The position numbers were made by a program, and so were the translations under genes. A DNA stretch of 47,241 nucleotides. Source: an uncultured bacterium (lineage in GTDB: Bacteria > Margulisbacteria > WOR-1 > JAKLHX01 > JBAZKV01). The stretch covers positions 1 through 47,241 of the forward strand of contig CAYUCV010000010.1 of assembly GCA_964443545.1 (NCBI GenBank). The letters are read 5' to 3'. Shown here one piece after another: positions 35,649-44,907 of this stretch. Under the pieces are notes generated by a model. It saw nothing but the letters and a program-made list of their open reading frames with translations, had not been told where the DNA came from and ran no database searches. Each line of letters opens with the position of its first letter. The stretch's first letter is position 1.

Positions 35649-36910
35649 TACGCCTCCGTATCTATCCTGAACAGATGCTCCAGTCCCAGGAGCGGTAAAA
35701 GATAGGGCTTGATCATTGCCATCGAGGGGCTGAGCTTCACCATGAGGTTCTGGACATTATAATCCTTGCTGTTGAGGGCCTTTTTAAGTGTTTTGCTCTC
35801 TTCCTCGACCAGCTTTTTGACATCCTCATACTCGGTGTTAAAAATGAACTTAAGGTCCTTGTTCTTAACGGTAAGAGAGACGACTATCTTCCCCAGGCTT
35901 TCTGTCTCAAGCCCTATGACCAGCTGGGTGTTCTTTGGATCTATCGAAGCGCTCCTGCCCTGCTCCTGCTTGATTATTATGTCCACAGTGCTGGGCGGCT
36001 TAACAAGGCTGTTTGGGACCTGGTAATAGAGATAATTTTCCTGGCCGAGGTTTTCTTTGGCCGGTTTCTGGCTCAGCAAAGCCTGGGCCACCAGATTATC
36101 CAGAAGACCGTTCATCTTGTTGATCGAAGACATTAGAGAGGAAATAAAGGATTCTCCTTCCAGCGTCGAACCTTGGGACTTGCCCATCGCTTTTTCCTGG
36201 AGCCCCTCGAGCAGTGCTTTCATGCTCCTTACATCGCTTAGAAGGTCTTGCCTGTCTATTAAAGGAAGCCCCTCTGAAGTGAACTTATACTTTTTGGGAA
36301 GGTCCTCTATCATGTTCATGAACTGCGAGATGAGAGCCGATACATTGGTCAGCACCGAAGCTGACAGCAGCGTCGGATTAGCTGCTATCGCCGCCGAAAG
36401 ATTGGCAAAGGATTCTTTGGCAGAAAGAAGCTGAGAAGCCATAGAAGGGTTTTCCGAAAACTGATTTGCCAGCGCTCTCAGCGCCCCTTTGGGTGCATCC
36501 ACGCCCTTAAGGATAAGGACCAGCGCAGCCTCCTGGGTGTTTACCGCCTTGTCGGTGCCGTCAAGCAGGGACAGGGCTCTGCCAAAGTTCTCTCTGGAGA
36601 GCTCGATGCCGAATTTAAGCATAAGGGAAGCAAGCTTAACATTTGCCTCTGTGTCGGGCAGCTGCATCGATAAAAGGTGGGCTTTTAGGTCTGATACTGT
36701 GAGCTGTCTTGCGACGCTTGTTCTCTGAGCGGTAAGCGGGGCGGCTGCCTGTGTCTGGGACTGCATCTCGGTCTGGGCAACCGGGGTCTTTGCGGCGGCC
36801 TCTTTTGCCGGAGCCGCATCTCCTGAAGTGTTGGCTTTTACGCCCGAAGGCCAGATCACCGGTTTGCCCGGGTGGATCCCTCCTCCAGCAGCAGCAAAAT
36901 TGTCCGACAT
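35648..36910 (-). CDS. fliK: Flagellar hook-length control protein FliK-like
   Basis: Low-complexity Ala/Gln/Ser-rich N-terminal half. The C-terminal segment LVIGLETESLGKIVVSLTVKNKDLKFIFNTEYEDVKKLVEEESKTLKKALNSKDYNV fits the Flg_hook domain pattern. Coupled to the FlhB-C-like gene by a 1-nt overlap. Confidence 0.6.
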   Translation of the reverse strand: MSDNFAAAGGGIHPGKPVIWPSGVKANTSGDAAPAKEAAAKTPVAQTEMQSQTQAAAPLTAQRTSVARQLTVSDLKAHLLSMQLPDTEANVKLASLMLKFGIELSRENFGRALSLLDGTDKAVNTQEAALVLILKGVDAPKGALRALANQFSENPSMASQLLSAKESFANLSAAIAANPTLLSASVLTNVSALISQFMNMIEDLPKKYKFTSEGLPLIDRQDLLSDVRSMKALLEGLQEKAMGKSQGSTLEGESFISSLMSSINKMNGLLDNLVAQALLSQKPAKENLGQENYLYYQVPNSLVKPPSTVDIIIKQEQGRSASIDPKNTQLVIGLETESLGKIVVSLTVKNKDLKFIFNTEYEDVKKLVEEESKTLKKALNSKDYNVQNLMVKLSPSMAMIKPYLLPLLGLEHLFRIDTEA

Positions 36911-36928
36911 ATCCTTTTACCCCAAAAA

Positions 36929-36957
36929 ATGATAACCCCAAATAAATATATTGTCAA
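36929..36957 (-). promoter_or_regulatory. Sigma70 consensus-like promoter for the fliK / FlhB-C-like pair
   Basis: Minus strand reads TTGACA (36957..36952), 17 nt, TATCAT (36934..36929), then ttttttggggtAAAGGAt, then ATG at 36910. Confidence 0.5.
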
Positions 36958-37029
36958 ACAAGGGGGTTCTAAGTATCTATCGTACTATGAGAGAAGAATC
37001 TTGCAGGAAAATACAACAGTGATGCCGAA

Positions 37030-37773
37030 CTATTTGCCTTGTTTCGGCGCGGCCTTTGCCTTGGCGTCAGTCTTTGCGGCTTCCGGCGCGGCAGTGGCTC
37101 CTGCAGCAGCAGGGGCTCCGGGAGCTGCAGCGGCACCGGCAGCACCGGCTTCAGCCGCAGGGACCTCCCCGGCAACGGCAGCGGCTTCAACAGGAGCGGC
37201 AACTTCTTCTTCCTTAGCGGGAGCAGAAACAGTGGCAACGACATCCTCACCAAAAGAAGTAATGGCAACCCCTTTGGGAGGGGTAACCTGGGAGACATGT
37301 ATAGAGGCTCCGATCTTAAGAGAAGAAATGTCAACTTCAATCTTGTCCGGAATACTTGTCGGGAGACATTTTACTTCAAGCTGTCTTATTGCCTGGACAA
37401 GAATGCCGCCGTCAAGCTTGACCCCTTCGGCTTCTCCGATAAGGACAACAGGCACCTTGGTGCGTATTTCCTTCTCAAGGTCCACTTTTAGGAAGTCTAT
37501 ATGCGTCACCTTATCTGTGATGGCATCGGACTGGATCTCATGGGCAAGAACGGGGAAGCTGGTCTTCCCGCTCTTTTGTTCAACATTAAGAGTGATAAGG
37601 GCATTCCTTCCGGCGCTCCCCCTCATCACCGCCATAAAACCTTTGCTGTCTACCGACACCGAAACAGGCTCCATCCCCTTGCCGTAGACTACGGCGGGTA
37701 TAAGATCTGCCCTTCGCACGGCTGCGGCTTTTTGGTCCCTTGACTTGGCCTCTATCTGGATCTTTTTCATCAT
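37030..37773 (-). CDS. rplY: 50S ribosomal protein bL25 (Ctc form) with an Ala/Pro-rich C-terminal tail
   Basis: IPAVVYGKGMEPVSVSVD...NALITLNV...VLAHEIQSDAITDKVTHIDFLKV, plus the second Ctc domain. The last about 55 aa are low-complexity A/P/E/K. Confidence 0.92.
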   Translation of the reverse strand: MMKKIQIEAKSRDQKAAAVRRADLIPAVVYGKGMEPVSVSVDSKGFMAVMRGSAGRNALITLNVEQKSGKTSFPVLAHEIQSDAITDKVTHIDFLKVDLEKEIRTKVPVVLIGEAEGVKLDGGILVQAIRQLEVKCLPTSIPDKIEVDISSLKIGASIHVSQVTPPKGVAITSFGEDVVATVSAPAKEEEVAAPVEAAAVAGEVPAAEAGAAGAAAAPGAPAAAGATAAPEAAKTDAKAKAAPKQGK

Positions 37774-37782
37774 ATATTGAAA

Positions 37783-38124
37783 TTATATCTTAATTTTTCT
37801 GTAAAAACAACTGCGGTTGCCAGTGTGGCACGCGGGTCCGGTCTGGTCTACTTTGAGCAGTATAGCGTCAATATCGCAGTCATAATAAATCTCTTTTACG
37901 GTTTGGATATGCCCCGACTGCTCCCCCTTCATCCAGAACTTGTTCCTGCTCCTGCTCCAGTACCAGGCTTTTTTCTCCTTGACCGTGCGCTCAAGCGCTT
38001 CCCGGTTCATGTAAGCAAGCATCAGCACCTCTCCTGTCTTTTGGTCCTGCGCTATGGCCGGGACCATCCCTTCTCCGTTAAACTTTATCTTAAGGTCCTT
38101 AAGCTCAGTCTGAATCTTGTCCAT
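37783..38124 (-). CDS. hisI: Phosphoribosyl-AMP cyclohydrolase (monofunctional HisI)
   Basis: [26 protein letters not shown]...[48 protein letters not shown]. Start placed at ATG 38124 with AAGGAG 8 nt upstream. The ORF-track TTG at 38142 overlaps dnaE. Confidence 0.92.
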   Translation of the reverse strand: MDKIQTELKDLKIKFNGEGMVPAIAQDQKTGEVLMLAYMNREALERTVKEKKAWYWSRSRNKFWMKGEQSGHIQTVKEIYYDCDIDAILLKVDQTGPACHTGNRSCFYRKIKI

Positions 38125-38125
38125 T

Positions 38126-41100
38126 TTATTTCTCCTTATCAAAAGATATCCAGGCCGAGTCTTTTCCGCTGATCCTTTCTATCCTGTCAACAAGGTCCGG
38201 GGTTATATTGAACGCGAACCGATCGCCCGCCGAAACAACGCTTCCGTTCATGTGAAAAAATGCCCTGTCGGACCCTCCGTTAAAAGAAAGCAGGTCCTTA
38301 ATGATCTTAAGGTTTTCCACTTTAGACTTTTCGTCCAGCCTTATATGCAGGGACCTTGAAGCGCCGGGGCTGTCCAAAAGTTCGACCGACTCGCAGATAA
38401 GCTGGGGCTCGTCATCCTTAAAGTCCAGCCTGCCGGACAGGATAATAGGAGTGTCCTCTCCAAGAAGGTTCGAATATTTTTCGTAGGTCCTGGGAAACAC
38501 CACCACTCTCATTGCCCCGGAAAGGTCTTCCAGAACTGCGACCAGCATCAGGTCCTTCTTTTTTGTCGTGATTTTTTTTGACCCGACCATTATCCCGCCA
38601 AGCCTGACAACAGCGCCTTCCCCTTTCTCAAGCGCCTCGGCTATTGGAATGGCAGCCCTTTTTGTAAGCGCATCTCCTATATGGTGCAGAGGATGGTCTG
38701 ACAGATAAAAGCCCAGGACATCCTTTTCCATTCTCAGCAGCTGGGGAGGGGAAAATTCCGGCTCCTCTTCGCAGAGGTTTTCGCTGCCCCCCACAGAAAG
38801 TTTAAGATCAAAAAGAGCTGACTGTCTAGATTGCCCTGCTCCTTCTTTTTGAGCCCGGGAGGTCACTGACGAGAGCCCCGACAAAAGAGCTGAGCGCCTC
38901 AGTTTAAAGCTGTCCATGGCCCCCGCCTTGATCAGGCTTTCCATGACTTTTTTATTGGTCTGCCTCAAGTCCACCCTTCGGCACAGGTCCGAAAGTGAGG
39001 AAAAGGACCCGCCCTCCTGCCTTGCCGCAACAATGGACTCTATCGCGCCGATCCCTACATTCTTTATGGCTGCAAGACCAAAGCGTATCGCCTGCCCTTC
39101 CACAGTGAAATCCTTGGCGCTCTGATTGATGTCGGGAGGAAGGACCTTTATCCCCATCCTTCTACATTCGGACACATAAAAGACCACTTTGTCGGTTACC
39201 CCGGTAACTGAAGTAAGCAGGGCCGCCATAAACTCCACCGGATGGTTCGCCTTAAGATAGGCGGTCTGGTAAGAAATGACCGCGTAAGAAGTGCTGTGCG
39301 ATTTGTTAAAGCCGTATCCAGCGAATTTTTCGACCAGGGCAAAGAGCTCTTCCGCTTTTTTCTGGGGAGTTCCGTTCTTGACCGCGCCCTCTATGAATTT
39401 CTGCCTCTGCTTTGCCATGAGGGCTGATTTTTTCTTGCCCATTGCCCAGCGCAGGACATCCGCTTCCCCAAGAGTGAAGCCCGCCACGGAAGAAGCTATC
39501 CTCATTACCTGTTCCTGGTAAAGGATCACTCCGTAGGTCTCGCTAAGGACCGGCTCAAGCTGAGGGAGTTCGTACTTGACCGGCACTTTGCCGTGCTTTC
39601 TTTTGGTAAAATCCTCCACCATCCCGCTCTCAAGCGGCCCCGGACGGTAAAGCGCCAGCAGTGCGATAACTTCCTCAAACTTCTCCGGTCTCAGTTCTTT
39701 TATAAGGCGGCGCATGCCGTGGCTCTCAAGCTGAAAGATGCCGATGGTTTCTCCCCTGCACAAAAGGTCGTAGGTGCTGCGGTCATCCAGAGGCAGGCCA
39801 AGGACATCCAGTTCAATTCCTTTTGTGCTCTTAATGAGTTTGGTGGCATGGGCTATCATGGTCAGGTTGCGCAGCCCCAAAAAGTCCATCTTGAGCAGCC
39901 CGATCTTTTCGAGGTCTTCCATGGGATACTGCGTCACCGTCTGAGTCTCATTCATAAGTGAAAGCGGCACATATTCGGTAAGCGGCTTGTTAGAAATGAC
40001 CACTCCTGCGGCATGTACGCTTGCATGGCGCGTGAGGCCTTCAAGGGTTTTTGCCGTGTCGATGAGGTTCTTTACCGAAGTATCCGACTCGTACATACCC
40101 TTCAGCTCTTTCACCTCTTTCATGGCTTTATCTATCGACGCATCCGGTCCCTGGGGGATCAGCTTGGCTATCCTGTCAACTTCCGCCAGAGGGACCCTCT
40201 GAACTCTTCCCACATCCCTGATGGCGGCCCTGGCGGCCATGGTGCCAAAGGTGATTATCTGCGCCACATTGCTCTGGCCGTACTTTCTTGAAACATATTC
40301 TATGATCTCCTGCCTTCTTTCAAAGCAGAAATCCACATCTATGTCAGGCATGGTGACGCGGTCCGGATTTAGGAACCTTTCAAATATGAGCCCGTATTTG
40401 AGAGGTTCTACTTCGGTGATCCCTATAGAATAAGACACAATGCTCCCTGCGGCCGAACCTCTGCCGGGACCGACTTCTATCCCCTGCTGTTTGGCATAGT
40501 TCGTAAAATCAGACACTATTAAGAAGAAAGGGGCATACCCCACTTTTTCTATAACTCCCAGCTCATACTCAAGCCTGTCATTGGCCTCTTTGGGAGGTTT
40601 AGCTCCATACCGTTTTATCAGGCCTTCATTTGCCAGTTTTTTTAGATATGAGAATGAGGTGTAGCCCGCCGGCACTTCGTATTCGGGCAGGTGTAGCTTG
40701 CCGGTCTCTATCTCAAGCCTGCACTTTTCGGCGATCTCTTTTGTGTTGGTCAGTGCATCGGGACATTCCTTAAAAAGCTCATACATTTCCTGCGCCGATT
40801 TCAAATAGAACTCTTCGCCCCCAAAGCGCATCCGATCCTCTTCATCAATGAAGCGACCTGTTTGAATGCATAGCAGCACATCCTGCGCTTTTGCATCCTT
40901 TCTTTCCGTGTAGTGGGAGTCGTTCGTGGCGGCTACTTTGATGCCCAGCTTCTTGGATATCTTTAGAAGATCGCTGTTTATGGTCCTCTGCTCGGGGATC
41001 CCGTTATCCATCATTTCCAGGTAGAAATCTGAGCCGAACACTTCTTTAAATTCGGCCGCTTTGCGGCAGGCCTCCTCGCTCTTACCACCTAATATGAGTT

Positions 41101-41545
41101 TGGGTATGAGACCGGCTATGCAACCGGAAAGCACAACGAGCCCGTTTGAATGCGTATTAAGCAGCTCCTGATCTATCCTGGGTTTCTGGTAGAAGCCTTC
41201 AAAATTTGACGCTGTCACCAGTTTTATGAGGTTTAAGTAGCCGTCGGTGTTCTTGGCAAGGAGCGTAATATGGAACGGCTGCCTGTCCTCTTTTGTGGCT
41301 TTATCAAACCTGGTCCTGGGAGCCAGATAGGCTTCGCAGCCGATTACGGGATGGATGCCTTCTTTTTTTGCCGCCACAAAGAATTTTACCGCGGCGTACA
41401 TGTTGCCGTGGTCCGTTATGGCAACAGCATCCATCCCTAACCGTTTTACCGCTCTTACTATATCCTCGACCCGGCTCGCCCCGTCAAGAAGGCTGAATTC
41501 GCTGTGGACATGGAGATGAGCAAAATCCTTTGGACTAAAAGACAT
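38126..41545 (-). CDS. dnaE: DNA polymerase III alpha subunit
   Basis: PHP domain [14 protein letters not shown], polymerase core, HhH and OB regions. 1139 aa. Confidence 0.97.
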   Translation of the reverse strand: MSFSPKDFAHLHVHSEFSLLDGASRVEDIVRAVKRLGMDAVAITDHGNMYAAVKFFVAAKKEGIHPVIGCEAYLAPRTRFDKATKEDRQPFHITLLAKNTDGYLNLIKLVTASNFEGFYQKPRIDQELLNTHSNGLVVLSGCIAGLIPKLILGGKSEEACRKAAEFKEVFGSDFYLEMMDNGIPEQRTINSDLLKISKKLGIKVAATNDSHYTERKDAKAQDVLLCIQTGRFIDEEDRMRFGGEEFYLKSAQEMYELFKECPDALTNTKEIAEKCRLEIETGKLHLPEYEVPAGYTSFSYLKKLANEGLIKRYGAKPPKEANDRLEYELGVIEKVGYAPFFLIVSDFTNYAKQQGIEVGPGRGSAAGSIVSYSIGITEVEPLKYGLIFERFLNPDRVTMPDIDVDFCFERRQEIIEYVSRKYGQSNVAQIITFGTMAARAAIRDVGRVQRVPLAEVDRIAKLIPQGPDASIDKAMKEVKELKGMYESDTSVKNLIDTAKTLEGLTRHASVHAAGVVISNKPLTEYVPLSLMNETQTVTQYPMEDLEKIGLLKMDFLGLRNLTMIAHATKLIKSTKGIELDVLGLPLDDRSTYDLLCRGETIGIFQLESHGMRRLIKELRPEKFEEVIALLALYRPGPLESGMVEDFTKRKHGKVPVKYELPQLEPVLSETYGVILYQEQVMRIASSVAGFTLGEADVLRWAMGKKKSALMAKQRQKFIEGAVKNGTPQKKAEELFALVEKFAGYGFNKSHSTSYAVISYQTAYLKANHPVEFMAALLTSVTGVTDKVVFYVSECRRMGIKVLPPDINQSAKDFTVEGQAIRFGLAAIKNVGIGAIESIVAARQEGGSFSSLSDLCRRVDLRQTNKKVMESLIKAGAMDSFKLRRSALLSGLSSVTSRAQKEGAGQSRQSALFDLKLSVGGSENLCEEEPEFSPPQLLRMEKDVLGFYLSDHPLHHIGDALTKRAAIPIAEALEKGEGAVVRLGGIMVGSKKITTKKKDLMLVAVLEDLSGAMRVVVFPRTYEKYSNLLGEDTPIILSGRLDFKDDEPQLICESVELLDSPGASRSLHIRLDEKSKVENLKIIKDLLSFNGGSDRAFFHMNGSVVSAGDRFAFNITPDLVDRIERISGKDSAWISFDKEK

Positions 41546-41689
41546 TTATTTTGCCGCTCCGATCCTGAACATCTTTGTCCCGCAGGACGGGCAGGCGCCC
41601 GAAGTCGCGGGTTTGCCGTTCTTAAGTTTCACTTCCTTGCAATCCTTCATCTCTTTCTTGCACTTGCATTTTACGCAGTACGCTTCCAT
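41546..41689 (-). CDS. 47-aa zinc-ribbon protein (DUF5679-like)
   Basis: Hand translation gives MEAYCVKCKCKKEMKDCKEVKLKNGKPATSGACPSCGTKMFRIGAAK, with CxxC...CxxC. Strong SD (AAGGGGGTGA) upstream. Its TAA stop is directly followed by the dnaE ATG (TAAATG). Too short for the ORF track. Confidence 0.7.
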   Translation of the reverse strand: MEAYCVKCKCKKEMKDCKEVKLKNGKPATSGACPSCGTKMFRIGAAK

Positions 41690-41712
41690 CACATCACCCC
41701 CTTTGCTCTGAT

Positions 41713-41721
41713 ATTTTAGCA
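41713..41721 (-). promoter_or_regulatory. Possible extended -10 promoter for the zinc-ribbon/dnaE operon
   Basis: Minus strand reads TGcTAAAAT (hexamer 41718..41713), 23 nt upstream of the ATG at 41689. The -35 is only weak (TTTGCT). Confidence 0.3.
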
Positions 41722-41736
41722 CACAATACGGAAAAG

Positions 41737-41860
41737 CAAATCCTAAATCCCAAGCACTAAATCCTAAACAATATCTAAATCCAAATGACCAAAATCCAAA
41801 ACAGTTTTGTATTTTGAATTTGGCATTTATTTAGAGTTTAGGATTTGGGATTTAGAGTTT
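41737..41860. repeat. Long imperfect palindrome (about 60-nt arms) built from TAAATCC-type heptamers. Terminator-like or MITE-like.
   Basis: The left arm 41737-41802 (caaatcctaaatcccaagcactaaatcctaaac...aaaatccaaaac) is the approximate reverse complement of the right arm 41804-41860 (gttttgtattttgaatttgg...tttaggatttgggatttagag). It abuts the NHL gene stop at 41862. Confidence 0.8.
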
Positions 41861-41861
41861 C

Positions 41862-44800
41862 TCATTCCAATACCGCTATCTTCCCTCTCCCCAACACCCT
41901 TGCGCCTGCAACTACCCTGAAAGGGTATATCCCGTTGCCGACTGTTGAACCAAAGTCATCCTTGCCATTCCATTCGACTTCGTTGTACCCAGCCTTGCCT
42001 CCCATGCTCCCTGACTGGCAGTTTCTTTTCCAGACAAGGGCTCCTCTAACATCAAAAAGATAGATCATGATATTGGTGTCAACCGTCAGGGTGTAAGTTA
42101 TCTTTGTAGTACCCGTTGCCGTGCTGAACGGATTCGGATGGTTAAGAGGAACTCCCTCCATGCGCACCTCTCCGGACTGGTCTTTTACCGTGAGCCCGAT
42201 TGCCTCAAAAGTTGCCCAGTTGCCAAGATAGTCCGACACTTCTATCTTAAAATCGTACACACCTGTCGGCAGTATGCTTTTACTCTTGAAGGTAAATATC
42301 CCGGTCGTTGAATTGTAAGAATCCGTAGAAGCATCAAATGAGGCATAAGTGTACAGGGAAGACCCTAGAGTTATCTTGAGATTATCAATAAAAACTCCTC
42401 CCACCGCCCCTTCGGCAGAGAGTTTTGCCTTTATGACCGGAGATGGTGTTATGATATCGCCCGAAACGACCCCCGCATCGTTCATTTTGACATCCGAAAT
42501 AACCGGGCGGCCGGATGACAATTCATAGATAAGGACCCGGCTGTTAGACTCATCTGCAACGCACAGCCTGGAAAGGTCGCTCCAGATCCCGGACGGGTTC
42601 TTCAAGGTATTTGAGCTTGGAGCTCCTCCCCGGTTAATGGAGCTTGAAGTAAAATCCGGCTGGCCGATAACAATATTTGCGGAGGCGTTGTTGCCGGTCG
42701 GCACAGTGTTATAGACAAGGACCCGGTTATTTGCCAGGTCGGTCACGAATAGTTTTGATCCGCTTACAGAAATACCGGTAGGAGCATACAAAGTGTTTTG
42801 CCCCGGATTGCCGCCCCGGTTCGCAGAATTCGAAGTGAAGTCGCTCTGGCCAATAACTACGTCCGCAGAAGCGTTATTGGCCGTCGGTATGCTGTTGAAT
42901 ATTACAACCCGATGGTTCCAGTCCGCTATGTACAGTCTGGTACCGTCCGCATGAACACCCGTGGGATAGTTGATCGTATTGGGTCCGGGCAAACCTCCCT
43001 GGTTAGACAGGTTCGAGGACATGTCCGGCTGGCCCAGCACAACATCCGCAGAAGCATTGTTTGCCACAGGGAACGAATTAAAAATAAGGACCCTGTGATT
43101 GCCCTGGTCTGAAATGAACAATCTTGTCCCGTCCGATGATATTCCCACGGGATAGTAAAAGGTATTGGCCGCAGGAATAAGACCTCCCTGGTTAGCCGAA
43201 TTTGAGATAAAATCCGGCTGGCCTATTACCAGGTCCGCAGAGGCATTATTGGTTGCCGGGATGCTGTTATATACGAGCACGCGGTGGTTGAGAGCTTCAA
43301 CGATCAAGAGCCTTGTGCCGTCACTGTAGGCAGCCGAAGGCCTGTACAGGGTATTTGGCCCTGCACCTCCGCCCTGGTTTGCCAGATTTGAAGAAAAATC
43401 CGGCTGCCCAATGACCACATCCGCTGAGGCATTATCTGAAGAAGGGATGGAATTATATACCAGGACCCTGTTGTTATATGAATCGCACACGATCATTTTT
43501 GACCCCGTCACAAAAACGTTCCTGGGAGCGGCCAGGACCCCGGCAGAAACGGCTTCTGCGGTCTGGTTTGCTGAGTTGCTAGTCATATTGGGCTGGCCAA
43601 TCACTGTGTCCGCAGGAGCATTATTGATGTCCGGTATGGAATTATAGATCAGGACGCGGTGATTGCGAAGATAATCCGATATAAAGAGCTTGGTCCCGTC
43701 GCTGTAGATGCGAGAGGGGGCGTGTAATCCGGATGCCGATACGGCTCCTCCCTGGTTGGCAGAATTAGAAGCAAAATCCGGCTGCCCGATCACTACATCT
43801 GCCTCTATCCTGGTGCCTGAGGCAATAAAAGCGCTTATTTTTGCATCAATATTCTTGTAAATCATGGCCCTGTTATTGCTCTGTTCAAGTACTATTAGCC
43901 TGTCGGTATCGGCGAAGAGTCCCACCGGTTTTGAAAGGCTTTTATTTGAGATACCGCCTGTGTTTGCGGTCCTGGTCGTCATATCCGGCTGGCCAAGGAC
44001 AGCGTCTGCAGCAGCAAAGTTCACCACAGGGATGGTATTGAACACAAGGACCCTGTTGTTCTGGATATCAGAAACAAAGAGACGGTTGCCTACGGTATAG
44101 ACCAGGCTTGGCTGGTACATGCTTTGAGCCGACAACCCGCCGTTATTGGCTGTGTTTGATGACATATCCGGCTGTCCCAGAACAATATCCGCCGCAGCAT
44201 TATTTGAAGAAGGAATGGCATTGTATATAAGTATCCGGTTGTTCATATCATCCCCTATGAATAATTTGTCCCCGTCAGAATAGACCGCATTAGGAGAGTT
44301 CACCGTGTTTGCAGCAGGAGAACCGCCCCGGTTTGCGGAATTGGAACTCATGTCCGGCTGTCCAACCACGAGATCAGCTTCAGCAAAGTTATGGGATGGC
44401 AGGCTGTTATAGATCAATATCCTGTGGTTGTCAGTATCTGCAATAAAGAGTCTTGTCCCATCGGTACCAAGTCCGGAAGGGCTGTCCAAGGATTTTGCCG
44501 ATATTCCGCCGTAATTTGAGGTATTTGACGCGAGGTCCGGCTGACCTATCACTATATCTGCGGCAGAATTGTCTGATGAGGGTACCGAATTATAGATGAG
44601 CACCCGGTTGTTACCCCTGTCGGCGATCACCAGTTTGCCCGCTATTTTGATTATCCCGCTCGGAGCATACAGGGTTTTTCCATATTGCCTCTGGTTCATC
44701 AGGTTAGAGGCCATATCCGGCTGTCCTACTACTATATCGGCTGTTGAGCCTGAAATGGAATCTATGGCACGTGGACCGATAGCCGGGACTATAACAGCAA

Positions 44801-44894
44801 TAGAAAAGGCGGCAATGACGGGAGCAATATACAAGCCAAGCCAAAGTCGCCTGGACTTTAGTTTAGTTATCGTTTTAGATAGGTTGTTTAGCAT
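41862..44894 (-). CDS. NHL-repeat surface protein: N-terminal TM/signal anchor, 12 NHL-type blades, Ig-like domain, C-terminal T9SS-CTD/FlgD-Ig-like domain
   Basis: Twelve repeats of about 60 aa of the form ADxVIGQPDxxSNxxNxGG...P.G......LF(I/V)(A/S)D..NnRVLIYN. The tail is NHPNPFSTATGTTKITYTLTVDTNIMIYLFDVRGALVWKRN...GYNEVEWNGKDDFGSTVGNGIYPFRV. Confidence 0.9.
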   Translation of the reverse strand: MLNNLSKTITKLKSRRLWLGLYIAPVIAAFSIAVIVPAIGPRAIDSISGSTADIVVGQPDMASNLMNQRQYGKTLYAPSGIIKIAGKLVIADRGNNRVLIYNSVPSSDNSAADIVIGQPDLASNTSNYGGISAKSLDSPSGLGTDGTRLFIADTDNHRILIYNSLPSHNFAEADLVVGQPDMSSNSANRGGSPAANTVNSPNAVYSDGDKLFIGDDMNNRILIYNAIPSSNNAAADIVLGQPDMSSNTANNGGLSAQSMYQPSLVYTVGNRLFVSDIQNNRVLVFNTIPVVNFAAADAVLGQPDMTTRTANTGGISNKSLSKPVGLFADTDRLIVLEQSNNRAMIYKNIDAKISAFIASGTRIEADVVIGQPDFASNSANQGGAVSASGLHAPSRIYSDGTKLFISDYLRNHRVLIYNSIPDINNAPADTVIGQPNMTSNSANQTAEAVSAGVLAAPRNVFVTGSKMIVCDSYNNRVLVYNSIPSSDNASADVVIGQPDFSSNLANQGGGAGPNTLYRPSAAYSDGTRLLIVEALNHRVLVYNSIPATNNASADLVIGQPDFISNSANQGGLIPAANTFYYPVGISSDGTRLFISDQGNHRVLIFNSFPVANNASADVVLGQPDMSSNLSNQGGLPGPNTINYPTGVHADGTRLYIADWNHRVVIFNSIPTANNASADVVIGQSDFTSNSANRGGNPGQNTLYAPTGISVSGSKLFVTDLANNRVLVYNTVPTGNNASANIVIGQPDFTSSSINRGGAPSSNTLKNPSGIWSDLSRLCVADESNSRVLIYELSSGRPVISDVKMNDAGVVSGDIITPSPVIKAKLSAEGAVGGVFIDNLKITLGSSLYTYASFDASTDSYNSTTGIFTFKSKSILPTGVYDFKIEVSDYLGNWATFEAIGLTVKDQSGEVRMEGVPLNHPNPFSTATGTTKITYTLTVDTNIMIYLFDVRGALVWKRNCQSGSMGGKAGYNEVEWNGKDDFGSTVGNGIYPFRVVAGARVLGRGKIAVLE

Positions 44895-44907
44895 ATCTTA
44901 TTTAAGA

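Noticed and set aside
36872-37687. 271-aa plus-strand ORF and the 123-aa minus-strand alternate-frame ORF (36969..37340) across rplY
   Set aside because: Both are produced by the GC-rich Ala/Pro-coding tail of bL25, which is open in several frames. The plus-strand ORF also runs through the fliK promoter gap. The bL25 frame has unmistakable homology.
38125-38142. TTG start for hisI at 38142, overlapping dnaE
   Set aside because: ATG at 38124 has a consensus AAGGAG 8 nt upstream and lies 1 nt after the dnaE stop.
41504-41719. 71-aa plus-strand ORF in the dnaE upstream region
   Set aside because: The opposite strand encodes a 47-aa CxxC..CxxC zinc ribbon with a strong SD and exact TAAATG coupling to dnaE. 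The plus-strand ORF has none of these features.
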